DNA of 64,000 nt from Deltaproteobacteria bacterium (lineage in GTDB: Bacteria > Myxococcota_A > Polyangia > Fen-1088), in contig JANRKS010000002.1 in assembly GCA_033763315.1 (NCBI GenBank), positions 32,001 to 96,000 on the forward strand, written 5' to 3'. The notes below the pieces were generated by a model. That model saw only the letters and a list, made by a program, of their open reading frames with translations. It was not told where the DNA came from and ran no database searches. This document shows positions 37,263-46,040 of the stretch, piece by piece (the stretch's first letter is position 1; each line of letters begins with the position of its first letter). A program made the translations under genes and the position numbers.

Positions 37263-38242
37263 GTTTGCGGCCGCTGGTTGAGCTCGTCTTCGATGAAGTT
37301 CTGCACGATGGATCGGACCTCGCTGTCGCCGCGAAAGCCCAACGCCACGGCTCGATCGGCGTGAAAGCGCACAGGCCAGCCATTGACGATGTTCAGAATC
37401 TTCTCGTCAGGTCCAAAACTGACAAGCGACGCCGCGTCGGCGCCGGCCACAGAGCCAACGGCATCAAGCATGTCGCTCACAGGCAGCGTGAGACCGGGAA
37501 GTTGCACCGCCGTTGTATCGCCAAGCTGGTGCCGCGACAGCGAGGCAGCGTGGATGAAAGCGTCCACGACTCTGCGCACTGACAGCAAACTCACAAGGGT
37601 TTCGGGAGGAACAGGGCAGCAAAAGCGACGGCCTTCTAAAGGTTCACGCACCAGCGAACTCGCGAAGGATGACGCCGCCAGATTGGGTCGTCCCGGGCGC
37701 ACAACGATGGTTGGCAGGCGCAAGCAGCAACCTTGCAAGAAGCCTCGGCGGTCGTAGTCGTTGATCAAAAGTTCCGCGATCGCCTTTTGCACCCCGTACG
37801 AAGTTTGCGGTGCGAGCGCCGTGAATGTTCCAACGGTTGATGGCATGTGGCCGCCATAAACGGCCGCTGAGCTTGCCATCACCACGGTGGGGTTTGTATT
37901 TAAGGTGCGGCACCGCTCCAGCAGGAGCTGGGTGCCCTGCAAATTAATGCGGTATCCGAGGTCGAAATCCGCCTCAGCTGCCATGCTTACGGCCGCCGCC
38001 AAGTGGAACACGATGCGTGTGTCTTTGTTCAACGCGCGGTGCAAAATGTCAGGATTCGTTGTGTCGCCGTTGATCGCGACCAAGCGCGGGTCAGTGGAGG
38101 ATCGAGGGGTGGCAACGTCCAACACGACGATGCGGCTTATCTCTTCTGTGCCGCGGGCTGTTTTCAGCGAGCCCTGCCGCAAAAGCGCGCCGCACAGTTT
38201 GCTGCCGATGAAGCCAGCTCCACCCGTGATCAATATCTCCAT
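37259..38242 (-). CDS. denD: D-erythronate dehydrogenase-like extended SDR
   Basis: ITGGAGFIG, HLAA.VS..AEADFDLG, YG.QK, RLPTIVVRPG.PN.AASSF.S...REPL, WP; characteristic of DenD. Confidence 0.75.
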   Translation of the reverse strand: MEILITGGAGFIGSKLCGALLRQGSLKTARGTEEISRIVVLDVATPRSSTDPRLVAINGDTTNPDILHRALNKDTRIVFHLAAAVSMAAEADFDLGYRINLQGTQLLLERCRTLNTNPTVVMASSAAVYGGHMPSTVGTFTALAPQTSYGVQKAIAELLINDYDRRGFLQGCCLRLPTIVVRPGRPNLAASSFASSLVREPLEGRRFCCPVPPETLVSLLSVRRVVDAFIHAASLSRHQLGDTTAVQLPGLTLPVSDMLDAVGSVAGADAASLVSFGPDEKILNIVNGWPVRFHADRAVALGFRGDSEVRSIVQNFIEDELNQRPQT

Positions 38243-38311
38243 GCTACGTCACTAGCAAAGGCCCGTTGTCCAGAACCGGCGAACATGCACACTTTCGTGC
38301 GCGTTATGGTT

Positions 38312-39241
38312 TTATCCCTGGTTCTGTTTTGGTTGCCTGTTTCGGCGGGCCCGCGCCCAAATCACCAAACGCTCCGCGGGCCAAAAGCCCACAAAAGCCG
38401 CGCCGGTGAGAGGGTAGGGAAAAGCCACGGCCATCAGTAGCAGAATTCCCGCATGAAACGCCACGATGGCGATGGCCCAAATCCGCAGCGTGCGCCACGA
38501 AACGAGCGCCAGCGGCGCCAACACCTCGAGTGCCAGGCTGGCGCTGGCAAGCGGCGCGAACAGCGCTGGATGAGCGAGAGCCGCTGACCCTATGCTTGAG
38601 TAAACCGCGCCAAGCTCGGCTTTGCGGACGTTGTCGAAGGCGATTTGGTTGCGAAGAAATTCTCCTGCAGCCCAATGCAAGCCATCACCTCGAAGCTTAG
38701 CCACACCGGCCATGAAGTACACGGCCACCGTGAGAATGGCCAGCGTGGCCAACGGCCACCCATAGCGTGGCGAAGCGACGGGCGTGGGGCGTGTGCGTGC
38801 ATCGATAGAGACAGCGTCGGCGGCCGGGGCGAACGCGATCACGATCGCGTGCAATGCCAGCAGATTCTCGGAGTGAAAGATCATCCCCCAACTGCAACGA
38901 TAGGTGCTTACGAAGAGAAACGCTGCCGCTGCCAGTGGCCCCGTCACGGTATGGCGCCAACCCACGGCCACAAGGAGACCGGCGGCGATGGCCACGACGT
39001 TGATTGCCACCACCAGTTCCCACGGTGGGGGTGCAACAAAAGGTGCCAGAACACCCACAGGACGAAAGGCGTCTGTTCCCAAGTTGTGCGTGCGCAGCGT
39101 GGCCGGCAGCAGGCCCACGGAAGTGGCGGCCAGGAACAACCCAATCACGATGCGCACCACCGCCAGTCGTTCCGCTGGCGCGGGAGCGAAGAACGCGTTG
39201 TCTGCGCGTTGCAACCAACCAAGCCCAAAGGTCTTCGTCAT
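38312..39241 (-). CDS. HTTM-domain (vitamin-K-dependent carboxylase-like) membrane protein
   Basis: LAVVRIVIG, several TM helices, G.I.H, S.DA, VYFMAGVAKL, LALE, FHAGI; ATGA overlap with the upstream gene. Confidence 0.75.
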   Translation of the reverse strand: MTKTFGLGWLQRADNAFFAPAPAERLAVVRIVIGLFLAATSVGLLPATLRTHNLGTDAFRPVGVLAPFVAPPPWELVVAINVVAIAAGLLVAVGWRHTVTGPLAAAAFLFVSTYRCSWGMIFHSENLLALHAIVIAFAPAADAVSIDARTRPTPVASPRYGWPLATLAILTVAVYFMAGVAKLRGDGLHWAAGEFLRNQIAFDNVRKAELGAVYSSIGSAALAHPALFAPLASASLALEVLAPLALVSWRTLRIWAIAIVAFHAGILLLMAVAFPYPLTGAAFVGFWPAERLVIWARARRNRQPKQNQG

Positions 39242-39687
39242 GGCGCATCCGTTTCGTGGGGCACCGGGCACCGCGCGTGCTCAACCCGTTGCAAGGGCAA
39301 GCGGCCGCCGCTGTTGCGAAAGTAAGCAACAGAGTCATAGGTGCTTGTGGCAACGCTGAGCTCGTTGACACCCATGCGCGCTTGCTTGCTGAGGTTGCGT
39401 GCAACTCGTTCGCACAGCGCGCTCGCGTTGCCAAGCGCGATGGCTCGGCCGATCGTGGCGGCCGCTTGCATCACGGCACCGTTGGCCACAAATTCAGGCG
39501 CCACAGGCTGGGCACTCCCATCGGCGGCCAGCGCCAACACGTGCACGGTTTCCATCACCCGGTCCCGCTTGTGCGTGAACATCGGGTACGACGAAATCGG
39601 AAAATCGTCGCGCCCCACCGGCCACCCCAGGGGCAGCAAAACGCCCGCGAGCAGCGAGACAAGGACACCATATGCACGCAAGCGCAT
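39238..39687 (-). CDS. Hypothetical membrane-anchored partner of the HTTM protein
   Basis: N-terminal TM then DDFPISSYPMF; translationally coupled to the HTTM gene. Confidence 0.6.
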   Translation of the reverse strand: MRLRAYGVLVSLLAGVLLPLGWPVGRDDFPISSYPMFTHKRDRVMETVHVLALAADGSAQPVAPEFVANGAVMQAAATIGRAIALGNASALCERVARNLSKQARMGVNELSVATSTYDSVAYFRNSGGRLPLQRVEHARCPVPHETDAP

Positions 39688-39805
39688 TTCGAGCGGCAGC
39701 CTTAGCACGCCCGACGTGTTTGAACAGCGCGTCTGTGCGTAAACTCGCCATGAGTCAGGCGCGGAATGCTGTGGCCCGAGAGGCGGGGTGCGCAGGCGTG
39801 CGCCA

Positions 39806-40279
39806 TTATGACCGCGCGCCGCAGCGGACCCACAACAGCAAAAGGTCTCGCTCGCCCTCGGTGATGGCCGGGGCCTCGGGCGGCGGCATCGCGCATCTGA
39901 GCAATTCGTCACGCACGGCTGCGGCCCAGTCGGCAACGTGCTGATAATCAGTCAGGGGCCACGGGCCCATGGGGCGTCCATCATGGCAGGTCACACAACG
40001 GTTCGTGATGATCTGCGCAACCTCCGCGTATCGAGGTGCGGGCAGGGAGCAAGACGAAGGGGCTTGGACATTGCACAGCGCCGCAGACGCGTCGATGTCG
40101 CCTGCAGCGTCTAACCCAAGAGGTATTTGTGAATCGTCTGCCACCGAAGCATCAGCCTCACCGGCGTCATGAAAGGCCGCGTCGTTGTGAGCGAGGTCTG
40201 CGCTATCGGAATCGCACGCTCCGAACGCCACTGTGATGAACGCTAGCGCGCAGTGGATCGACGCTCGCAGGGCAGACAT
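39806..40279 (-). CDS. Small mono-haem cytochrome c lipoprotein
   Basis: Lipobox FGA-C; CVTCH; distal MPP and ER.LL..W...GA. Confidence 0.75.
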   Translation of the reverse strand: MSALRASIHCALAFITVAFGACDSDSADLAHNDAAFHDAGEADASVADDSQIPLGLDAAGDIDASAALCNVQAPSSCSLPAPRYAEVAQIITNRCVTCHDGRPMGPWPLTDYQHVADWAAAVRDELLRCAMPPPEAPAITEGERDLLLLWVRCGARS

Positions 40280-40408
40280 GCTTCGCAATGTACGCAGCTT
40301 CCTTCGATGCTTCAAGCTTGCGGGGGCGGCGGTGAGGCATCTGCGACAACAAACCGCACCGCGGCTGCGAGGCCGATCCCGTACACTGGCGCACCAAAGG
40401 AGAAATTG

Positions 40409-41110
40409 ATGGGAAAAACAAGCGCTCTTCTGTTTGCCGTAAGTATCGTGGGGTTGTCAGGCGGAGCGGCCAACGCCCACGTGTCTGTCGTAGGGGGCAC
40501 AGGGTTCGCGAACCAAACACAAGAAATCAAGTTTGGGGTGGGCCATGGTTGCGCCGGCGTCGATACCTTAAGCGTTCGGGTTGAAATTCCCGCAGGCGTA
40601 ACTTCCGTGCGCGCCATAGGCAGCACATTGGGGGCCCCGACGGTTGAACTGAACGACGCGGGCGTCGTCACGGCCGTGACATGGCAAAAGCCCACCAGCG
40701 CGCTCGTGGAGGGCGATCCCAACTACTACACCGTATCGATCCGCGCGAAGTTACCTGACGCGCCGTTTTCGACCCTGTATTTCCCGACGCGGCAGATATG
40801 CAGTACACCCAGCGGCGTGAAGAGCCCCCCAGTTGACTGGAGCGCCATCGGGGAGCCGGTTGATGCAGGTGCCGACGAACCCGCGCCAAGCTTGTTGTTG
40901 CTGCCGGCTCGCAGCCCCGGATGGAACAAATACTTGGTGCCGAAACCTCTGGCCAATTTGAAGGCCGCGTTCGGCGACGCTCAGATCGTTTGGCGTGGCA
41001 CAGCCGCCTTCAGCGCCAACGCTGCCACAACTGAACTCATCAGCGCCACGTCGGGCGTCACAGCGCTAACGGCTCTTGCCGCCGGCGACATCGTGTGGGT
41101 GAGGTACTGA
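40409..41110 (+). CDS. YcnI/DUF1775 copper-binding-type protein with extra C-terminal domain
   Basis: AAGGAG RBS; signal peptide ending ANA|H so the mature protein begins with His (HVSV); VGHGC, V.IPAGV, VTW, LYFPT.Q.C, W, PAP. Confidence 0.8.
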   Translation: MGKTSALLFAVSIVGLSGGAANAHVSVVGGTGFANQTQEIKFGVGHGCAGVDTLSVRVEIPAGVTSVRAIGSTLGAPTVELNDAGVVTAVTWQKPTSALVEGDPNYYTVSIRAKLPDAPFSTLYFPTRQICSTPSGVKSPPVDWSAIGEPVDAGADEPAPSLLLLPARSPGWNKYLVPKPLANLKAAFGDAQIVWRGTAAFSANAATTELISATSGVTALTALAAGDIVWVRY

Positions 41111-41370
41111 TGCGAAGGCTGCTGATGGCGGTTTGCGCTTTGATGGTCGTCATTGGCGGTGGCGCCGCCGTGATTTCATGTGACGACGATGACGGCACCA
41201 GTACGGATGCAGGGCAAGTTTTGATTGACGCCGCCGCAGACACAGGTTTTCAGGAGGACGCCGCGCGCGCGAACGCAGCAACCCTTTGCGTCGACCGGCC
41301 TGGTGAACTGCCCCGGCCACCCGCAGGGATTCTGCCTTGCGACCTGATACCGCCAGGGCTGTCTCTCTGA
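41110..41370 (+). CDS. Small lipoprotein with C-terminal C-x-DRP...LPC motif
   Basis: TGATG overlap with the previous stop; lipobox VIS-C; CVDRPGELPRPPAGILPCDLIPPG. Confidence 0.65.
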   Translation: MRRLLMAVCALMVVIGGGAAVISCDDDDGTSTDAGQVLIDAAADTGFQEDAARANAATLCVDRPGELPRPPAGILPCDLIPPGLSL

Positions 41371-41391
41371 AGCGTCGCTAACCGTGCTCAC

Positions 41392-42300
41392 CTACATCAC
41401 GGCGCGCACCAGGCATTCGCCTTCACCGCGAAAGTGCCCCACTGTGCGAGCGAGGGCCGTCATGAAGTCGCCTAAAGTGGCGACTTGGAAGCCCGAAGGA
41501 TCGTAGGTGCGCACATCAAGTGGTGTGGCCATGAGCTCCGCCATCGTGATTTCGTTGTCAGCGTCGCGATCGGCGTTGGCTTTTTCTGCAAAGCGCAGCG
41601 ACGTGACGACCGCGGGGTTCGCTGAAGCGCGCAGGCGATCGTAAAAGAAATGATCGCCGTGCGTTGTTAGTTCGCTCACGTCATTGCCGCCGTTGGTCAC
41701 CACGATGCCTTCGATCTCACGTCCACTTTCGGGCGTCTGTTTGCAATCCGTGTATTGCGTCGCGGTCTTAAATCCCCAGTGAAAGGTTTTCTGCAAGGGG
41801 ATGCTTGCCTCGATTTTGGTGGCTGTGCCCTCGACATAAACCGAATAGCCGCCGGCCACCATCAGATCCTTGTCGGCTTGCGTGGCGGCGACAAGCGTCG
41901 TGTCCACCGCCACAGGACTAATTTGATAGCTCACGGCACCCCACGCTTTGGCTTTCAACCCGGCGAAGCTTGTGAGCGTTTTACGCCCGGGCCGCACGTT
42001 GTCGACCAGGAATGAACCTGTGGTTGCGCCGCCGACTGTGCCTTTGGTGTCAGCCACCTGAATGTTACGAAAGGTGACCAAGAATTTACTGTACTTGATC
42101 GTCCAGCCATCCAAGAAGCCCGACTGGCCTGTGGGATCAGGGGGGATCTGCTGTTCAATGTATTCTTCGCCCCAGGTTGTAAAGGATGCGGTGCCTTCGC
42201 CCGCGTCGCTGCATCCGAAGCATGCGACGCAACCAACGAGAGCGACGAGTAAAGCTTTAATGTGATTCATGAGTTTTGTCTCTATTTCGGCCACCTTCAC
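41392..42300 (-). CDS. Lipoprotein in the TonB-receptor operon, with conserved-looking His motifs (start 42300 or 42270)
   Basis: Lipobox CFG-C; TWGEEYIEQ.IP, DGW, THGDHFFYD, GHFRGEGEC. Confidence 0.7.
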   Translation of the reverse strand: MKVAEIETKLMNHIKALLVALVGCVACFGCSDAGEGTASFTTWGEEYIEQQIPPDPTGQSGFLDGWTIKYSKFLVTFRNIQVADTKGTVGGATTGSFLVDNVRPGRKTLTSFAGLKAKAWGAVSYQISPVAVDTTLVAATQADKDLMVAGGYSVYVEGTATKIEASIPLQKTFHWGFKTATQYTDCKQTPESGREIEGIVVTNGGNDVSELTTHGDHFFYDRLRASANPAVVTSLRFAEKANADRDADNEITMAELMATPLDVRTYDPSGFQVATLGDFMTALARTVGHFRGEGECLVRAVM

Positions 42301-43097
42301 GGCTCGTGGTCGGCGGTGAAGGAAAAGTGATAGGCGCTCAGTTGCACAAGCCCCAACAGGAATGCGATGTGTGCGGTGGATCCTTTTGTGATCTCGGTGG
42401 GCGCTTCGGCCGATCCCGGCGCGATGTCGGCAAAATCAACAAGGTTGAACCAAACGTGCGGCTTGATTGTCAGTTTGACGACGCCGGCTCGGTCAACAGT
42501 GGCTTCCTCGAAGCTGCACCCTGGCACCAATCCATCACGAGCGTGCTCCCCAATCGTGGCAAAGTCGACGGCGATACGGAAATGCACGGTGCTTTCGCCC
42601 TTGGTGGCGACGCCCGTGGCCGTCACGGTGTTGCCCTTAAGGTTCGTCAGCGCTGCGCCATCGACGGGGGACGAGAAAGAAAACGTTGCCGATCGATAGA
42701 GTCCCGTGACGCCGTTGCCCGCCGGAAATGCGATAGGGCCAGCAATTAGATTTAACGAATACTCCTTCAACATTTGCCCTTTGGCCACACCCTCGCCGTA
42801 ATGTCCGGGGTGAGCGTGTGCAGGCGGCAACAGCACGCGCTTAAGCCTCTGCCATGGGGTTCGCGCTTGTTGCATAACGAACGCGGGCGAACCATCGAAG
42901 TAATAGAACGGCCCCGTGGCCATTGCCGCTTCAGCTAGCTCGACATTCCAGCCTGAAAGTGTGGTGAAACGTGTATGCACCTCGCGTGCGGGCTCCACTT
43001 GCGTGCGAAGGATGATGCGCTTGCCGGTGGTGCCGTCACTGCAAGCGATTCCAGCTAGGGCCAGAATGAACGTTAAGATCGCGCACTGCTTTTGCAT
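42297..43097 (-). CDS. Lipoprotein in the TonB-receptor operon with HAHPGH motif
   Basis: Lipobox GIA-C; GW.V.L; PAHAHPGHY; WF..VDF. Confidence 0.7.
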   Translation of the reverse strand: MQKQCAILTFILALAGIACSDGTTGKRIILRTQVEPAREVHTRFTTLSGWNVELAEAAMATGPFYYFDGSPAFVMQQARTPWQRLKRVLLPPAHAHPGHYGEGVAKGQMLKEYSLNLIAGPIAFPAGNGVTGLYRSATFSFSSPVDGAALTNLKGNTVTATGVATKGESTVHFRIAVDFATIGEHARDGLVPGCSFEEATVDRAGVVKLTIKPHVWFNLVDFADIAPGSAEAPTEITKGSTAHIAFLLGLVQLSAYHFSFTADHEP

Positions 43098-43105
43098 ATT
43101 CCGTC

Positions 43106-45109
43106 CTAAAGAAAAAGGCTAACCTCGAATAACATAGCCCTTGGATTGCCCACGGTGACGAAGCGTTCGGGAACCACACTGGCCGCGCCGTTTTGTTGCC
43201 ACCGCGCCGCGAACGCAAACTCACCATCATACCAATCGCGGTTCAACACATTCCACACAGACATTCCCGCACCGATGGCGCGGTAGCGCACCCGCAACGC
43301 CGAATCGACCAAAAAAATGCTGTGCCCCCACTCTCGGTAGGGCAACGGTCGCCCCATCAACAAAGACAAGCCCGTGCCGAACTCGGCGCGCAACGCATGG
43401 GCGCGCACGGTGATGTCCCGCCTGAACAACACATCCGCGCGCGCCACCCATTGCGGCACGTAGGGCAAAAGATCGCCCTTGCTGAACTGGGCGTCGCTGC
43501 GGGTGAAACTCGCGCGCGTGAATGTTCCGCTGGCGGTGGCCAGCAACCAATCAAGGTGCTGCCACGTGAGATCCAATGCCATCCCCTGACGCTGTGATGC
43601 GGGGACGGTTTCGTTGCGGGTGGTGCGGGGATCGAATACCAAATCTTCTGACAGGCGCGTGACGAAGCCCGCCACCGAAGCGTTGCCCCAAGCCCCGTTC
43701 GCTCGCACCCCCAGCTCGCCACTGCGCACACGCGCAAACGGCGTGGCCTCGCCGTCTGCCAAACTGCGTGCCTGAGGCGAGCGAAACCCTTCGCCGTAGC
43801 TGAGCAGAATATGGCCATCGGTCCACGCACGAAAGTCGATGGTTGCCTTTGGGCCCGCAGATAAACCCTGCGCTGAGCGCGATTGACCTGCAGCGCGGGC
43901 GCCGCGATCGGTGGCGGTGAATCCCAAGGCATTGAGCCGCACGCCGCCTCGCAACGTGAGTCGTGGGGAAGGATGGAGGGCGGCATCCAGATACGCTGCG
44001 AGGGTGTTCGCACGCACCACGGCCTGCACATCATCACCGGTCACGCGGCCGTCGATCGATGAGAGGCGCTTCTGCGATTGTGTGATCCAATCAGACCGTG
44101 CAACCAGTCCCAGCTCGATGGTGTCTTGCGGGGCCAATAGGTGAACACGTTTGCGAAAATACGCGTGGCTGCCGGCGGTGACGGCGTCGTTGATTTGTTG
44201 CTGTGCATCGCCATTGGGATCGGTCAAGAACCCTGTGAAATTTTGGCGCAGACGCATGCCGTGCGTCACCACGTACGCGGACAAACCCGAACGTTGGCCC
44301 GGCCTATCTTCACCAAGTTCAACCAAGGCCTGCGAGCGTGACGAAGCGCCGCCTTGCGAGGGGTCGTATGTGGCGAAACGATCGACGGCACCGCTTCGGA
44401 CATCCGAAAGCGCAAGCACACCAGCCGACGAAAACCGTGCGGCGTAGGATGAGATCAGCACGCGCAGCTTCAGGCCATCGGGCAGCGCCCAGACCGCTTG
44501 CGATAGCGCCGAGGCCCGTTCCGCCGCGCGGGCGGGACCAAAACCATCCGTGTGATAGTGCTCGAACGCCGCGAACGTCTCGTCCTGGGTGTCGGGTGGG
44601 TGATAGGCAATGAATTGGCGCTGCGTTCCGAACGATCCTAAGGCCGCCTTCGCGGTGACGCCCGGTTCCGCGTATCCCAAGCGAAGATGCAGCGACCCGG
44701 CCACGGCAAAATCGCCTTGCCGCGGATCGTATGCGCCCGCTTGTGCGCGAACCTGTTGCACAACCTCGGCAGGAATGAAATTCAGATCCGCATAACCTTG
44801 ACCGTGGATGTTCGAAACATCGTTGACGGGGATGCCGCCGGCCACAACCTCAATGTCCTGGCCATGGATCGCGTCAAAGCCACGAAAGAACATTTGCGAG
44901 GCTTTGCCTTCGCCGCCGTGATGGGTCACGAACATCCCCGGCACCACCATCAACAGATCGTCAGCGGTTTTGTGGGGCGCGGTGCGGAGCGCTTCCCGAT
45001 CGCGCACGCTTTGTGAAGCGCTACGCGGCGGGGCGGGCGCCACAACAGTCACGTCGTAAGGTGAAGGCGTCGATTGTGCGAAAAATAGAACCCAAATGAA
45101 CAGAGGCAT
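43106..45109 (-). CDS. TonB-dependent outer-membrane receptor (probable metal uptake)
   Basis: GGGAG RBS then ATG 45109; TonB-box-like DVTV; plug VPG..V.HHGGEGKA.Q.F.RGFDA.HGQD...P.N..S..HGQGYADLNF; terminal NV.N..W and G.PR strand. Confidence 0.92.
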   Translation of the reverse strand: MPLFIWVLFFAQSTPSPYDVTVVAPAPPRSASQSVRDREALRTAPHKTADDLLMVVPGMFVTHHGGEGKASQMFFRGFDAIHGQDIEVVAGGIPVNDVSNIHGQGYADLNFIPAEVVQQVRAQAGAYDPRQGDFAVAGSLHLRLGYAEPGVTAKAALGSFGTQRQFIAYHPPDTQDETFAAFEHYHTDGFGPARAAERASALSQAVWALPDGLKLRVLISSYAARFSSAGVLALSDVRSGAVDRFATYDPSQGGASSRSQALVELGEDRPGQRSGLSAYVVTHGMRLRQNFTGFLTDPNGDAQQQINDAVTAGSHAYFRKRVHLLAPQDTIELGLVARSDWITQSQKRLSSIDGRVTGDDVQAVVRANTLAAYLDAALHPSPRLTLRGGVRLNALGFTATDRGARAAGQSRSAQGLSAGPKATIDFRAWTDGHILLSYGEGFRSPQARSLADGEATPFARVRSGELGVRANGAWGNASVAGFVTRLSEDLVFDPRTTRNETVPASQRQGMALDLTWQHLDWLLATASGTFTRASFTRSDAQFSKGDLLPYVPQWVARADVLFRRDITVRAHALRAEFGTGLSLLMGRPLPYREWGHSIFLVDSALRVRYRAIGAGMSVWNVLNRDWYDGEFAFAARWQQNGAASVVPERFVTVGNPRAMLFEVSLFL

Positions 45110-45121
45110 TGTGCAAACTCC

Positions 45122-45217
45122 CGAACGCGCGCTCTCGAAAGGCACGCCAATGCGCGCGCTCGCCGCTCATGCACGTGGGTGCGTGAACAGGCTGGCGGCA
45201 CCAGCGGCCGTTGGTGC
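45122..45217 (-). promoter_or_regulatory. Two stem-loops between the leader ORF and the TonB receptor start
   Basis: 45198-45217 is a near-perfect 20-nt palindrome 5 nt after the leader stop. 45122-45132 pairs with 45152-45162 (11 bp, one G-U in the mRNA), and the stem ends at the first G of the GGGAG Shine-Dalgarno. Confidence 0.55.
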
Positions 45218-45222
45218 GATTG

Positions 45223-45708
45223 CTACGCGAGTGCGGGCGGGCCACGAATGTGCGGCGGGATTGTGTGCGGGTGGCCGTACCGCTCGAAGCGAACGGCTTC
45301 GTCGAGCACATGCAACCGTAGAAGAGCGGGCACGGGATGTAGGCTGGGTGTGCATCCGTGAAACAGCAGCCCGAAGTGCAGCAGCGAGCCGTCGCCTTGC
45401 GCGAGTGGTTCGGTGGGCGAGGGCGTTCCGGATCGACAGGTGGCGCTGCTGCTAAAGCGGGCGGCCGCCAATGCCGTGTCGTTGTCCCCGGATCCGAAAG
45501 CGGCCCCGCGCACTTCGTCGAGCACCTCTTGCAACGACGATGGGCGCTCTTCGGCTTGCACCCTGCCATCCAGAAACAACACGCCGTTGGCGGTGTGGAT
45601 GTGGTCGGCCCAGTGGTTGTAGATGTGAGCGGCTGGCGCCACCAAGGTGCCAACGACAAAACAGAGCAGCGCGGCCCACCCCGCGCTCAAGCGACGCCAC
45701 GACCTCAT
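45223..45708 (-). CDS. His-rich exported leader protein with C-terminal RGPP motif (DUF2946/CruR-like arrest-peptide candidate); alternative start 45759
   Basis: Hydrophobic N-segment WAALLCFVVGTLVAPAA followed by HIYNHWADHIH; GSLLHFG; ends PPHIRGPPALA*; lies directly upstream of a TonB receptor. Confidence 0.7.
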   Translation of the reverse strand: MRSWRRLSAGWAALLCFVVGTLVAPAAHIYNHWADHIHTANGVLFLDGRVQAEERPSSLQEVLDEVRGAAFGSGDNDTALAAARFSSSATCRSGTPSPTEPLAQGDGSLLHFGLLFHGCTPSLHPVPALLRLHVLDEAVRFERYGHPHTIPPHIRGPPALA

Positions 45709-45845
45709 CGGGCGACAACGCCGCCGCTGTTGAGTCTTTTCGGAGGTGACGTGAGCCATGGCCACGAAGCCCGGACGTTGACAGAAAGTGGCTGCGGGCG
45801 CCAGGCCACGGTCCGAGACATCCGCGCGTTGGGGACGTTTCGCGC

Positions 45846-45870
45846 GTTGTCGCATTTGAATTGCAATAAC
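45846..45870. promoter_or_regulatory. Imperfect palindrome GTTGTCGCATTTGAATTGCAATAAC, candidate Fur-family (Zur-like) operator
   Basis: 9 of 12 pairs are symmetric; the core resembles TTGCAA-N5-TTGCAA; located in the AT-rich gap between two divergent TonB-receptor operons. Confidence 0.45.
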
Positions 45871-46040
45871 GGTACAGGTGCAATATCTTCGCTGGCCATG
45901 CTTCCGGGTTCATTCACTTACTCCACCCGTCCGCTTTTCCGGCGGCGGGGGGGGGCTCGCCTCGGGGCACCCAGGCGTGCCACTTTCGCAGGCCGCCCTT
46001 CACTTTGGGCGTGGTGAACCTGCTATTGGAATCAGAAGCC

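Noticed and set aside
45890-46040. Possible cobalamin riboswitch before the TonB receptor
   Set aside because: No GGGAA, GCCACTG or B12-box elements were found on either strand.
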